Assembly (NCBI GenBank): GCA_973895155.1
Contig: OZ316892.1
Coordinates: 25,567,233 to 25,631,232 of the forward strand
From: Marsupella aquatica
Lineage: Eukaryota > Plantae > Marchantiophyta
DNA: 64,000 nt
Direction: 5' to 3'
The notes below the pieces were generated by a model. It saw nothing but the letters and a program-made list of their open reading frames with translations, was not told where the DNA came from and did no database searches. The translations under genes were made by a program, and so were the position numbers. This document shows, piece after piece, positions 63,797-64,000 of this stretch. Within the stretch, counting starts at the first letter, position 1. The number at the start of each line of letters is the position of its first letter.

Positions 63797-63935
63797 CTTG
63801 GTGATGACTCTCATCATGGGACCCACTTTCTATCTCGAAGCAATTACAGACCCACTTTCTATCTCGAAGCAATTACGATTGTCTTGGTGATGACTCTCAT
63901 CTTGGGACCCACTTTCTATGTCGAAGCAATTACAG
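63797..63935. repeat. Nested short duplications (acccactttctatctcgaagcaattac x3; ttggtgatgactctcatc x2)
   Basis: Directly visible direct repeats. Confidence 0.85.
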
Positions 63936-64000
63936 AGTGCATGGTGGCCTGGTGCTGGTGGGGACGACACCAGTTGGCTAACGCTGTTAATTCCCACGTT

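Overview
Eukaryotic, intron-containing land-plant nuclear DNA, probably a bryophyte (inferred from a mitochondrial insertion carrying rps11 and a liverwort/moss-like nad6 start). The standout is a 4-exon, ~2020-aa NLR-like STAND gene on the minus strand (12770..5852): a helical RPW8/CC-like N-terminus, an NB-ARC domain, about 25 ARM repeats instead of LRRs, and C-terminal TPRs. Twenty-one of the ARM repeats are near-identical 132-bp units whose amino-acid variation is concentrated in a few helix-3 positions, like the hypervariable repeat receptors of fungi. The window also holds an intronless PERK-like kinase, an intronless GULLO-like FAD oxidase ending in KDEL, a mosaic NUMT (nad6 + rrn18 + rps11), a 2OG-Fe(II) dioxygenase, a dead L1-like LINE with a 16-bp target-site duplication and an apparent twin-priming inversion, a FIP-like plastid DnaJ-type zinc finger gene, divergent ARP9 and ARP3 genes, and many local tandem or dispersed repeats. 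All family assignments come from motif recognition by eye; no database searches were run.
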